Shown here: one piece after another, positions 19,224 through 28,700 of the stretch
How the letters are laid out: every line of letters starts with the position of its first letter
Numbering within the stretch: the first letter of the stretch is position 1
Virus record (IMG/VR): IMGVR_UViG_3300020456_000177
Location: 1,719 to 65,718 of that record
Reading direction: 5' to 3' (one strand)
Length of the DNA: 64,000 bases
DNA from: a virus
Lineage: Duplodnaviria; Caudoviricetes
Notes under the pieces: model-generated
Told to the model about the DNA's origin: nothing
Seen by the model: only the letters and a program-made list of their open reading frames with translations
The model's database searches: none
Program-made: the position numbers and the translations under genes

Positions 19224-20875
19224 CAGAGATATTCCCACATAAAGGATCTGTCACCATATTCAGCACCAGAACTCCATCTAGTTCCTTCACTATCTACAAA
19301 ACCAGCATCATCATGTATGCCATCATTTAAGAAACCAAATGGTGCCATGTCTTGTTCAATCTGATTCTTCTGATCTTCATAGATTCTCTTTCGAACATCT
19401 TGTTCAGTCATCTCTTTGAAGTAGTCTTGTGCTACCAACCAAGAGAAAATAACAAGACACATTGCCAAGTCATCATGGCAACCTTCTTCTGCCATGAATG
19501 TATTCTTTCTTTGTACAAAGGTTGTCAACTCTGCAATAATGTCATAGTCACATGTTGCCAACTTGTCATCTTCTAACAGTGTCTTCAGGTTAGAACAACC
19601 CAACTTCTTAACTGCCGATGTCATTCTGACACCAAGTTGAGACTTCTTACCAGAGAAACCAGAACCGACAATCTGACCAGCACGTCCACGCATAGAACAC
19701 ATCAATACGTTCTCATACTCAAGGTCAAAGAATAGGATAGATGCTACCTGGTCACCAATATCATTAACTTCAATTAATGTGTAAGCGTAATTATATGCCT
19801 TTGCAAGATCATGAATGATACTAGGGAATAGCATCGGTTTGATTTCATTGTTCTTATATTTTGCTACTACCCTGTATGGGAAATCGGTAATATCAAATAT
19901 AATAAAAGCGGAATAGTCACCATCAATTCCTCTCGCAGTATCCACCGTGATAATGTAACTGTGATCATCGATTGGATTCTCATAGATATCTAACCCTGCG
20001 TTTTTCTTAATGGGATCATTATAAACAAGAGTCTTCAGTTTTGCCACACTGATTAATGTATCTACAGATCCAAGGAATTCGCACTCAAACTCAACCCGGA
20101 ACTGTTCTTCTGAAGTGTTAGCAATAGTTTGCTTTTTCCATTTAGCATTCCTACCCGGAACTTCTGACCAGTGTACTTCTGTAGGAATATAATCATTTCG
20201 ACCACGTTCGGCATCATGCCACATACGGTAGAAGTGATTCATACCGTGAGGGGTAGATACAATAATTACTTTTGTGCTTTTACCAGAAGTAATAGTAGGA
20301 TAAACAGAGGCAAAGAACGAGTCAGCAATGTGATTCGGGACGAATGCGAACTCGTCGAGAAAGATGATGTTGAACGACATACCTCTGACAGCACTTGCAG
20401 ATGTAGATGCTGCCAATATTTTACTGCCATTTTCTAACTCCAATGAACCTTTGTTCCATGCAATGATACCTTGCTGCATCCACTTTGGTAAGTTTTCGTA
20501 AGCAGTTTGTAACCTACCGAGAAGTTCTCTAGCAGTTGCTGCTTTGTTTGCCAGGATGCCAATGTTTACATTGTCATTGAAGACAGCATAATGCAACAGA
20601 AAGGAAACTACTGTAGTAGATTTACCAGTCTGACGTGGCATCTTACAGATATTAAATCTGTTATTGTGGAAGTTCTTGATAAGTTTCTTCTGAAACTTGT
20701 ACATGTCAAAAGGAACCAAACCCTCATCAAGAGAGACAATCTTTACATACTTTGCTGCAAAGTATACTGGATCTTTTTTACACTTAATAAATTCAGTAAC
20801 TTGTTCTTTGGTAAATTGAATCGGCGTATTTGCCTTTTTTAGATTCGGATTACCAAGATAAATGTCATCACTCAT
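19223..20875 (-). CDS. g17: Terminase large subunit gp17
   Basis: YLGNPNLK, PRQTGKST, IFLDEFAF, STPHGMNHFY, VDTARG, HDDLAM. Confidence 0.97.
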   Translation of the reverse strand: MSDDIYLGNPNLKKANTPIQFTKEQVTEFIKCKKDPVYFAAKYVKIVSLDEGLVPFDMYKFQKKLIKNFHNNRFNICKMPRQTGKSTTVVSFLLHYAVFNDNVNIGILANKAATARELLGRLQTAYENLPKWMQQGIIAWNKGSLELENGSKILAASTSASAVRGMSFNIIFLDEFAFVPNHIADSFFASVYPTITSGKSTKVIIVSTPHGMNHFYRMWHDAERGRNDYIPTEVHWSEVPGRNAKWKKQTIANTSEEQFRVEFECEFLGSVDTLISVAKLKTLVYNDPIKKNAGLDIYENPIDDHSYIITVDTARGIDGDYSAFIIFDITDFPYRVVAKYKNNEIKPMLFPSIIHDLAKAYNYAYTLIEVNDIGDQVASILFFDLEYENVLMCSMRGRAGQIVGSGFSGKKSQLGVRMTSAVKKLGCSNLKTLLEDDKLATCDYDIIAELTTFVQRKNTFMAEEGCHDDLAMCLVIFSWLVAQDYFKEMTEQDVRKRIYEDQKNQIEQDMAPFGFLNDGIHDDAGFVDSEGTRWSSGAEYGDRSFMWEYL

Positions 20876-20884
20876 ACTAAAAGA

Positions 20885-21178
20885 TTATCCTTGATACACT
20901 ACCGATGTTGCATATACGTCTGATGCACTTGAATAAATCAAATCCGTTCTTGCTTTATAAACAATAATTGGATCTTTTCCTGCTAGATGTACACTACCAT
21001 ATGTCACACCAGCACCCGTTCTGATTTCTACAAGACGATCAGAAGAATGACTATGTTGAAGCAATACATATTCTGCACCAATAGCAGATCCAAGACTACT
21101 ATTGTCTGAACCAGGAACTGATGTTCCAGATCCAGCATTTACTTGTGTGGATTCACCTAAAATTTTTATCGCATTCAT
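20885..21178 (-). CDS. Small beta-rich putative virion protein
   Basis: 97 aa; aligns by eye to 13902..14168. Confidence 0.6.
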   Translation of the reverse strand: MNAIKILGESTQVNAGSGTSVPGSDNSSLGSAIGAEYVLLQHSHSSDRLVEIRTGAGVTYGSVHLAGKDPIIVYKARTDLIYSSASDVYATSVVYQG

Positions 21179-21179
21179 G

Positions 21180-22181
21180 TCAGCAATTCCAAGCTCTAAG
21201 GGACTTATTGATCCTGCTATCGGGATCGTTAGCAGTTTTTGAAGAAGTGAGTTTCTTCTTCATTCCTTTCATTCTCGCACAAAAGCTCTTTCGACGAGGG
21301 TTCCCAACTTTCTTTGAAGGTCTCTTAAGATCGCTTCCTGGATTTTCTGCTTCATAGCTCTTTCTTCCTTTCTCGTTGAGCCCACCTGACTTATTCTTTC
21401 CTGCCTTTCTGGTCCATGCTGCTGCCTCATCAACTACTTCCTCCTTTGCCATCTTAGTGGCAGTTGCATACATCACTGATTTATAATCATCACCATAACG
21501 TGACTTGAAATCTTTGACAGATTTCTTCATACCTTTTACATACTTCTCTTTATCTTTCTCTTCACCTGTAGTAAGAGATCTCTCCTCAATTGCTTCCTCA
21601 CCAACAGGTACACAGTTTGGAACCATACGGTTACCTTTCTTCTTTAAACCCTTAGCAGTATATCCCTTCCAGCATTTCTCACCAAGGAGTTCTTTGGGAG
21701 ACAAAAGTTTAGTAGATTCTCTCTGCACTTTAGTTTTAATTTTTTTCTTACCATCAGGTGAAGGAATAAATTCACCCATCTCCTGAGTCTTGGGATCTGA
21801 GGTATCTACATCACCATCAACATCGGCATCAATTCTCTTGACTGCTCTAGCAGCAAGTGCTTTGAGATTCTTTGAAGGAACCTCAACATCAGTAGAGACA
21901 CCTTCAGTCTTTACGTTGATTGCTTTACCCTTTCTATCGGGATTGGGATCTTGTTTCTGCTTACGACGAAATGCTGCTTCCTCCTCATCTTTGGAGAGAG
22001 CACGCTTCATTTTGCTGGAACCGCACTTTGGTTTGGTGGTTTGACCTGGCTGTTTGGCACAGGGTTTTCCTGCGTATTTACCACCCAATTGAACCCAACC
22101 AGGGGTGCCATCAGAAGACTTACTCTTGCCAAACCAGTCACGCAGAGAAGAATCACCACTTTTGTTTTCATTCAATGCCAT
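21180..22181 (-). CDS. Lys-rich modular protein; possible gp21-processed internal head polyprotein
   Basis: Distinct short modules separated by (L/I/V)xE motifs; own late promoter. Confidence 0.6.
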   Translation of the reverse strand: MALNENKSGDSSLRDWFGKSKSSDGTPGWVQLGGKYAGKPCAKQPGQTTKPKCGSSKMKRALSKDEEEAAFRRKQKQDPNPDRKGKAINVKTEGVSTDVEVPSKNLKALAARAVKRIDADVDGDVDTSDPKTQEMGEFIPSPDGKKKIKTKVQRESTKLLSPKELLGEKCWKGYTAKGLKKKGNRMVPNCVPVGEEAIEERSLTTGEEKDKEKYVKGMKKSVKDFKSRYGDDYKSVMYATATKMAKEEVVDEAAAWTRKAGKNKSGGLNEKGRKSYEAENPGSDLKRPSKKVGNPRRKSFCARMKGMKKKLTSSKTANDPDSRINKSLRAWNC

Positions 22182-22204
22182 GCTTTCTACAAAGTATTAT
22201 AACT

Positions 22205-22212
22205 TATTTATT
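22205..22212 (-). promoter_or_regulatory. Late promoter
   Basis: AATAAATA overlapping the g16 stop. Confidence 0.6.
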
Positions 22213-22624
22213 TCTTTTCATCCATGAGACCCTGCTTGATCAACTTCTGCAACTCAGCAGTTGTACCAACGATCAATGCGTTATTGGTTACATGGGATGG
22301 ACCTTTCTTATCTTCAGCATTTAGATCTTTCAATTCCTTTTGCAATTTGAGGAGTTTATCTGTTGCGTCAGAAACATTCTTGATCAACTGACCAGCAACC
22401 TCATATGCTCTGGGTGAGTTAGTTTCTTGTGCTAATTCTAAGACACCATCTAAAGTTTCTTGTCCCTTCTCAATGATAGAGTACAGTTGTCCTCTGGTAT
22501 ATTCGTAGTCTTTGTCAACATCACTTTTCGTCAACCTATCGGGTTTCTGCTTCTTGACAGGTTTTACTTCTAATGTTTCACTAGTTGTATCTAATGCATC
22601 ATCGATACCATCATATCCAGCCAT
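22208..22624 (-). CDS. g16: Terminase small subunit gp16
   Basis: DYEYTRGQLY, PRAYEVAGQLIK, VTNNALIVGTTAELQK. Confidence 0.92.
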   Translation of the reverse strand: MAGYDGIDDALDTTSETLEVKPVKKQKPDRLTKSDVDKDYEYTRGQLYSIIEKGQETLDGVLELAQETNSPRAYEVAGQLIKNVSDATDKLLKLQKELKDLNAEDKKGPSHVTNNALIVGTTAELQKLIKQGLMDEKK

Positions 22625-22626
22625 GA

Positions 22627-23430
22627 TTAAATATCCGTTTGTTGGGTAGGACTATATTGTCTAGAATCTGTGAAGAACAAAGTTTCTTCAGAGAATCCAA
22701 AATCATCTGCTGGATCAGCATTAATAGGATCGGGAACAGCAGTATATCTTTGCTCTCTCTTAGCAATAGTTTGATCAGTCTCTGTGTGATAATCGACTTG
22801 AACTTTTCTGATGAGTCCATCGGAAGAATCCGCAATAGGACCAAACATGTAAGTCTTAGCAGTGAATTGTAAAGTATAAATCAATGCTCTTCTGGTTGTA
22901 AAGTCACCCTCATAATCATCCTGAATACTTACGTTATTAAGGACGAGAGGAATATCTTTTTTCTCACCAATAGATGAAACTAAATCAACTGTGATATTGA
23001 ATGATGGTTGGAAGAATGGAAGAATCTGCTCAACAATCTGCAAAGCATCATCATTTAATTTACAATAGATTCCCAGTTCAAAATCAATATTATAAGGAAC
23101 TGGCATATAAACTTGTTTGATGCCACTGCCATCAGCAGCAACTGCCTTAAAGGTTTTTGTTACTGTGGTTTTTCTAGTGGGATCAATCGCAATACCCGTC
23201 ATTTCAAATGACATTCTAGGTAAAGTAATTGCGACTCCCTTGCTTAAATCTGCTTGCTGTTGAATCTTAGCAAGAAACTTTTGCATTGGTGCATATGCAA
23301 GAGGCACCTTTATTTGATCAATAGTTCTCCCATCATCATTTGCATGCTTGATATTAATATTATTAAAAAGAGTTCCAAACGCAATGATCGTCTTTCTTAT
23401 AATCTCGTGGTAAAAATAAGTTCCTAACAT
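22627..23430 (-). CDS. g15: Tail terminator / proximal sheath stabiliser gp15
   Basis: YFYHEIIRKTIIAFGTLFNNI, VPLAYAP, LPRMSFE, EQILPFFQP. Confidence 0.93.
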   Translation of the reverse strand: MLGTYFYHEIIRKTIIAFGTLFNNINIKHANDDGRTIDQIKVPLAYAPMQKFLAKIQQQADLSKGVAITLPRMSFEMTGIAIDPTRKTTVTKTFKAVAADGSGIKQVYMPVPYNIDFELGIYCKLNDDALQIVEQILPFFQPSFNITVDLVSSIGEKKDIPLVLNNVSIQDDYEGDFTTRRALIYTLQFTAKTYMFGPIADSSDGLIRKVQVDYHTETDQTIAKREQRYTAVPDPINADPADDFGFSEETLFFTDSRQYSPTQQTDI

Positions 23431-24866
23431 CAGAAGTCACCAAATGGGTTACCTTCGCTGAAATCAATGATACCTTGTCCAGCGTCTTCAAATTCTTTAT
23501 TAGTGTCAAATGGTGATGTCTCGTCAAAAGTTTGATAAGATGCAATCTTCCTTCTTGCAGTAGAAGCAGTGCCTACCAGCATTTCACCAACAAAGAATGT
23601 ACCACTATTTATGCCTACCTTAAGAATTCCTGTATTAACATCCCAATCTCTGACTTTTGCACTTACAGAAGAAGCAGCACCAATAACAGTTTCATTGTAG
23701 ATAAAGTTGGCTTCATTAGGTTCTGTAGTTCCAATACCAGATGTTCTGGAAATTGTCAACGCAGGTGCTTCACTGTATCCAAATCCAGTGTTTCTGTAGT
23801 ACAACTGATTGATTCTTCCACTGAGAATAGTGAATTCCAACTCAGCAGTTCCAACACCAATTGCACCACCAGTAATAGTGGCAACACCAGCAACTGTTGG
23901 GGTATTGTAGTAGTTACTACCTCTAGTCAACAGTCTGACAGATGCAATACCTGTAGCACTATCATTGACAATCGCAGTAGCAGCAGCACCTGCACCAACT
24001 ACAACTCCATCAACTGTTTGTGGGGTGATGGTAATAGTTGGTGGATTAGTGCTGGTATATCCAAATCCAGGGTGGGTAATTAAGATTCTGTCAATAGAGT
24101 GAATACCATTCCTTTCTGTAGTTACGGCAACTGCCTCTGCCTGAGAACCTTGAAGCAAGAGTGGTGATGTACTGATAGCAACTGTGGGTGGTCTTGTATA
24201 TCCAGATCCATCATCAGTCAATCTAATTTCTCTTACCAATCCAGATCTACCAAAGTTATCAACTCTCAAGGTAGCAGTAATGCCAGTTCCAACCAAAGTA
24301 AGTGCAGTAATATATCCCTGATCTTTTACTTCATCATCAATAAAGTCAATGCTAGTGTCAATATCTTCACCTTCATACTGGAAGAGTTCGCACTGAAGTT
24401 TGTAAACGTAATTAGTTCCTAGTTGATAAAAAGGTTGTTCATGCTCAACTCTCTTTACCTCAAATAGTCTTTCACCCAATGGGAAAAATATTAGATCACC
24501 TTCTCTAGGTCTTGTATCTAAGATAATCTCATCATCAGGCATGTTACCCAAAAAGGGTTGAATGAATGTTTCAAATCTTTCTTTAGAAAGAATTAGTGTT
24601 ACTTCATTCTGTAGATTGATACCAAACTTAGTCATGATATCAGATCCTGGTGCATACCCTTCAAAGTTTTCTAGGTATGCTTCGATAGCAAAGTTATCAT
24701 CAAACTTAGACGCATCAATCTCTCGGATAATATTATCCGATCCCAATACTTTTCTTGGGAGATAATGAACATCTAAACCATACGTTCTAAGATGTTCGTT
24801 GATCAGATCTTGAAGCAGATATTGCTCGTTCTGTGAGCCCTGCAGAAAGAAGGGATTGAGTGCCAT
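23430..24866 (-). CDS. g14: Neck protein gp14 with a GxGY-repeat insertion
   Basis: NPFF, YLPR, RPREGDLIFFP, PFYQLG..YVYKL.CELF, C-terminal DFSEGNPFG. Confidence 0.92.
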   Translation of the reverse strand: MALNPFFLQGSQNEQYLLQDLINEHLRTYGLDVHYLPRKVLGSDNIIREIDASKFDDNFAIEAYLENFEGYAPGSDIMTKFGINLQNEVTLILSKERFETFIQPFLGNMPDDEIILDTRPREGDLIFFPLGERLFEVKRVEHEQPFYQLGTNYVYKLQCELFQYEGEDIDTSIDFIDDEVKDQGYITALTLVGTGITATLRVDNFGRSGLVREIRLTDDGSGYTRPPTVAISTSPLLLQGSQAEAVAVTTERNGIHSIDRILITHPGFGYTSTNPPTITITPQTVDGVVVGAGAAATAIVNDSATGIASVRLLTRGSNYYNTPTVAGVATITGGAIGVGTAELEFTILSGRINQLYYRNTGFGYSEAPALTISRTSGIGTTEPNEANFIYNETVIGAASSVSAKVRDWDVNTGILKVGINSGTFFVGEMLVGTASTARRKIASYQTFDETSPFDTNKEFEDAGQGIIDFSEGNPFGDF

Positions 24867-25708
24867 TATCCAATTAAATCAAGGGGTGGAATTTCATATT
24901 CGAGCATCATCTTCTCTTTGATTACTTCGAGTTCTTTCTCAGCATCTTCATAAATCTCTCTACCATTTAGTTCAATACCACCAGGCAACTTTGCACCTTT
25001 GAACTTAATGAGGTTCTGTCCCCACTGTTTCTTGAGTAATGCAGTCAAATATAGTTTTACAAAACTATCATTGTACACATTGCTAAAGTCATTTGGATCC
25101 ATGATCCTATAGCAATCTAAAACAATATAATCACCTGCTACAGCACTTCCCCAATCAATGTCCATGTATAGTCTATTCTGTCTTTTATTGAATCGTAATT
25201 GCTTATCTGTGGTCAATAAGAAACCAATATCTTCCAGATAACTCTTTGTCATTGCATATGACAGCAGTCCGTCATATCCTAAATTGAAAGCAATATCATT
25301 TAAGAATAATTGATATTTTACACTAAACATTCCGTTGCTGACATTTGCAGAATCAAACTTGTACAACTTTTCAATACCGATTACAGAATCTGGCAACTGA
25401 AGAAAGTTTGAGTTTTCATACCAGTCAAAATTTACTGTAGCACCAGCAATGGTTGTTGATGTTGTGGTGGTTGTAATACCAGCACCACCTTCTCCACCTG
25501 CTCTGCCACGAGAAACATCATCTGCTGTGAGTTGATATTTTAAAAACGTTCTTGCTACTCCATCAAAATGCCTTTCATGAAATAGTTGAAAAGCATCATC
25601 TACGGCATCATCAATTTGCTCATCGGCAACATTGATTTCCAAAACAGGAGCACCTAATTTTCTCAGACAGTAATCAATCAGTCCCTGTCTTGTGCTTGGC
25701 TGTGCCAT
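24866..25708 (-). CDS. g13: Neck protein gp13
   Basis: YCLRKLGAPVLEINV, HFDG, KKQWGQNLIKF, LPGGIELNG. Confidence 0.93.
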   Translation of the reverse strand: MAQPSTRQGLIDYCLRKLGAPVLEINVADEQIDDAVDDAFQLFHERHFDGVARTFLKYQLTADDVSRGRAGGEGGAGITTTTTSTTIAGATVNFDWYENSNFLQLPDSVIGIEKLYKFDSANVSNGMFSVKYQLFLNDIAFNLGYDGLLSYAMTKSYLEDIGFLLTTDKQLRFNKRQNRLYMDIDWGSAVAGDYIVLDCYRIMDPNDFSNVYNDSFVKLYLTALLKKQWGQNLIKFKGAKLPGGIELNGREIYEDAEKELEVIKEKMMLEYEIPPLDLIG

Positions 25709-28700
25709 TAGAATGAGCCTCCATCAAATACGTTTGTCCAGACTGGAACACCGGCACTATCGGATGTTACAAAATAATTTGAAGTGGTAATACCACCAGT
25801 TGTGGCAGCACTGCTAACTAAGAGTCCTGTGGTGTCAAAGTATGCAATTCCATTAGGACCATCAAAGTCACCCGCATCATAGTAAATACCGTCAGAAGCA
25901 GATAGGAAACCAACAACATTTGTGTGGGTGTTGATAGCAACATTATTGCCAATCTCTGAGTCTAAGACAAGTGCGCCCGTCTTACTATTTATTGTGTTAT
26001 TTGTAGCATCACCCAGTTCGATGTTGGCAATCGTAGCAATACCAGTGATATTGAGATTCCTACCATTTACCTCATCATAGGTGATGTCACCAGCAACATT
26101 TAGATTACCACCAACAAATAGATCACTCAAGAATGTGCCGATGCCAGTTACGGTAGAAGCACCAGATACTTGAATATCAGTGATGATACCTGCACCGATG
26201 GTTGCAGTTAGAATGTCACCATTCTGAACATCCAATGTAGTGATCGTAGCAGCAGTGCCGACGAGATCATCAATAATAGAACCACCAAGAACTTCTAACT
26301 TAGCATTGGCATCATCTGTACCAATACCAACATTGTAGGAGTTATTACCAGTGATCCATGCAGTGGATCCAGAACCAATAACAAGTTGTCCCCATCCAGT
26401 TGTATCTTTGACATCAACTGTACTAAAATTACCAGCAGTAAGAACAACGTTGAAACCACCTGCAGTGATACTATCACCTGCCTGATTACCAAGCAGAAGG
26501 TTTCCACTACCTGTAGTAACTTCATCACCTGCCTCATATCCCAGTGCAATGTTGTAATCACCTGTAGTGGTGGTTTCACCATACAATGCACGATATCCAA
26601 TACCAATGTTTGCTGCACTATTAGAACCATCTTGATATAGTGCCTCATATCCAATAGCAATATTTTGAGTACCCGCACCATCGTGCGCATACATTGCTCT
26701 ATAACCTAAAGCAATATTATTCCCACCTTCACTATCATATCCTGCTTGATATCCAATATAAACACTGTTTATAGTATCAACTGCTGCATATCCAGCATAT
26801 GCACCCAAGAATGTAGAGTAATCACCTTCAGCATTATATCCAGCACCATATCCAAGTCCAGTTACGTAATCACACTCATCTGAATTGAAACCAGCATACG
26901 CACCAATAAATGTATTGTAGTTTTGATTATTATTGGTTGAACCACCTGCACTATGTCCAGTAAAGGTGTTGTAACTTCCACTTTCAAGTTCATCACCAGC
27001 AAATGCACCAACTAAGACATTACCACTAGCACTGGTTATTTTATATCCAGCTTGGTAACCCAGAGATAAGTTGTAGCTACCCGTGAGAGTAGTAAATGCC
27101 TGAGCAAATGCACCAACAGCAATGTTACCAAAACCAGTGCTTACCCATCTATTTGCATAGTAACCCATTCCAACATTATAGTCACCAGTGGTTAAGTACT
27201 GCAGAGCATAACTACCAACGGCAGCATTACCAAACGTATTACTGTTTGCTGAACCAAATATGGCAAAGGCACCAACAGCAACGTTATGATCACTGCTGAC
27301 TAGATCATATGCTGCTTTGTATCCAACACCAACGTTGTAATCTGAGTTTGCATCTGATGTTAAACCTGCCTCAAAACCAGCATAGAAACTATTTGAGTTA
27401 CCACTGTAACTTTGGAATCTAAGAGCAGTAGTAATACCAGTTACATCTAAGTTCTCAGTTACATCGATGTTGGGAGTAACAATCTTACGATCATATAAAT
27501 GATGAGATCCTGTTGCCAGTCTTACATCATTTGGAACCATAGTGGATCCAACACCAACTGCATAGTTGGTCATAAATGCATCAGTAGTTCCAACACCAAA
27601 AGTGTTGTGCTTGAACCACATGATTTGCTTATAATTGTCAAGAATGTCAGTGGTTGTAACACCAGCGACTGTCAGGTTGACGAGAGGTGAACCTTCAGTA
27701 GATGCAATTGCAATTCCACCACCATTTGCCGTGGTGTCACTTGAGATGTCATTATTAGCACTATCAGTGGTGATACCCATGATAATGTTGTTTGCTTCAA
27801 CGTTGATGTTTGCCTGGTTAACGTTGGCAAACGTACCAGCAACACTCAGGTTACCAGAAATAACAACGTTGTTATGGAAGATTGCCTGAGTATCATATAC
27901 ATCAAACTCATTAATTACAGCTAATTGCGCAATTGTGACAATGCCAGATGCATTGACATTATCGAGTTCTGTATGACCATCTACATCAAGATTGACTGGA
28001 ACATCAAGTCGGTCAATAGTTGCCGCAGTCGCAACCATGTTTGTGATGGTTGAGAATGTGCCAGTCAGTGATGTAACAATACCCTGCTGAATAAATGCAT
28101 CATCTGTAGTTACAGAGTTGAAAGTAGCAATATTAGCACCAACCAAGTTAAAGGTTGAAATTCCACTAATGTTGATATTTCTACCACTAACTTCATCATA
28201 AACCAGATCACCCGTTACATTCAGATCACCATCAATGTAGACATCATTCTGGAATGTAGCAATACCAGTGATTGTAGAGGCACCAGATACATTCAGAGTT
28301 CCTGTTGTTGTTCCTCCAGAAACTAATACACCTTCATTGGTGGTTTCAAATTTCTTGGAGTTATCAAAGTAAAGATCTACTGAACTATTCTTGTTAAATT
28401 GTCCATATACTTCATTACCACCAACATCAGTAATCCTTACATCAGCATCTCCCTGAACGAAGAGAGAACCCTGTCCTTCATCTCTAATGATTGAGTGTAC
28501 TCCACTATGGAGGAGTTTCAAATCATTAGAATCACCAATGCGGAGTTCATCATTATCACCAAGATGAACATGATTTTGGAATGTAGAAATACCAGTTACA
28601 TTTAACTGACCAGTGGTTGTGGTTCCAGTAACCGATAGATTATCGATGGTTGCTGTTTCACTGTCAAATGTAGTTCCAGTCAGAATACCAGAGACAACTG

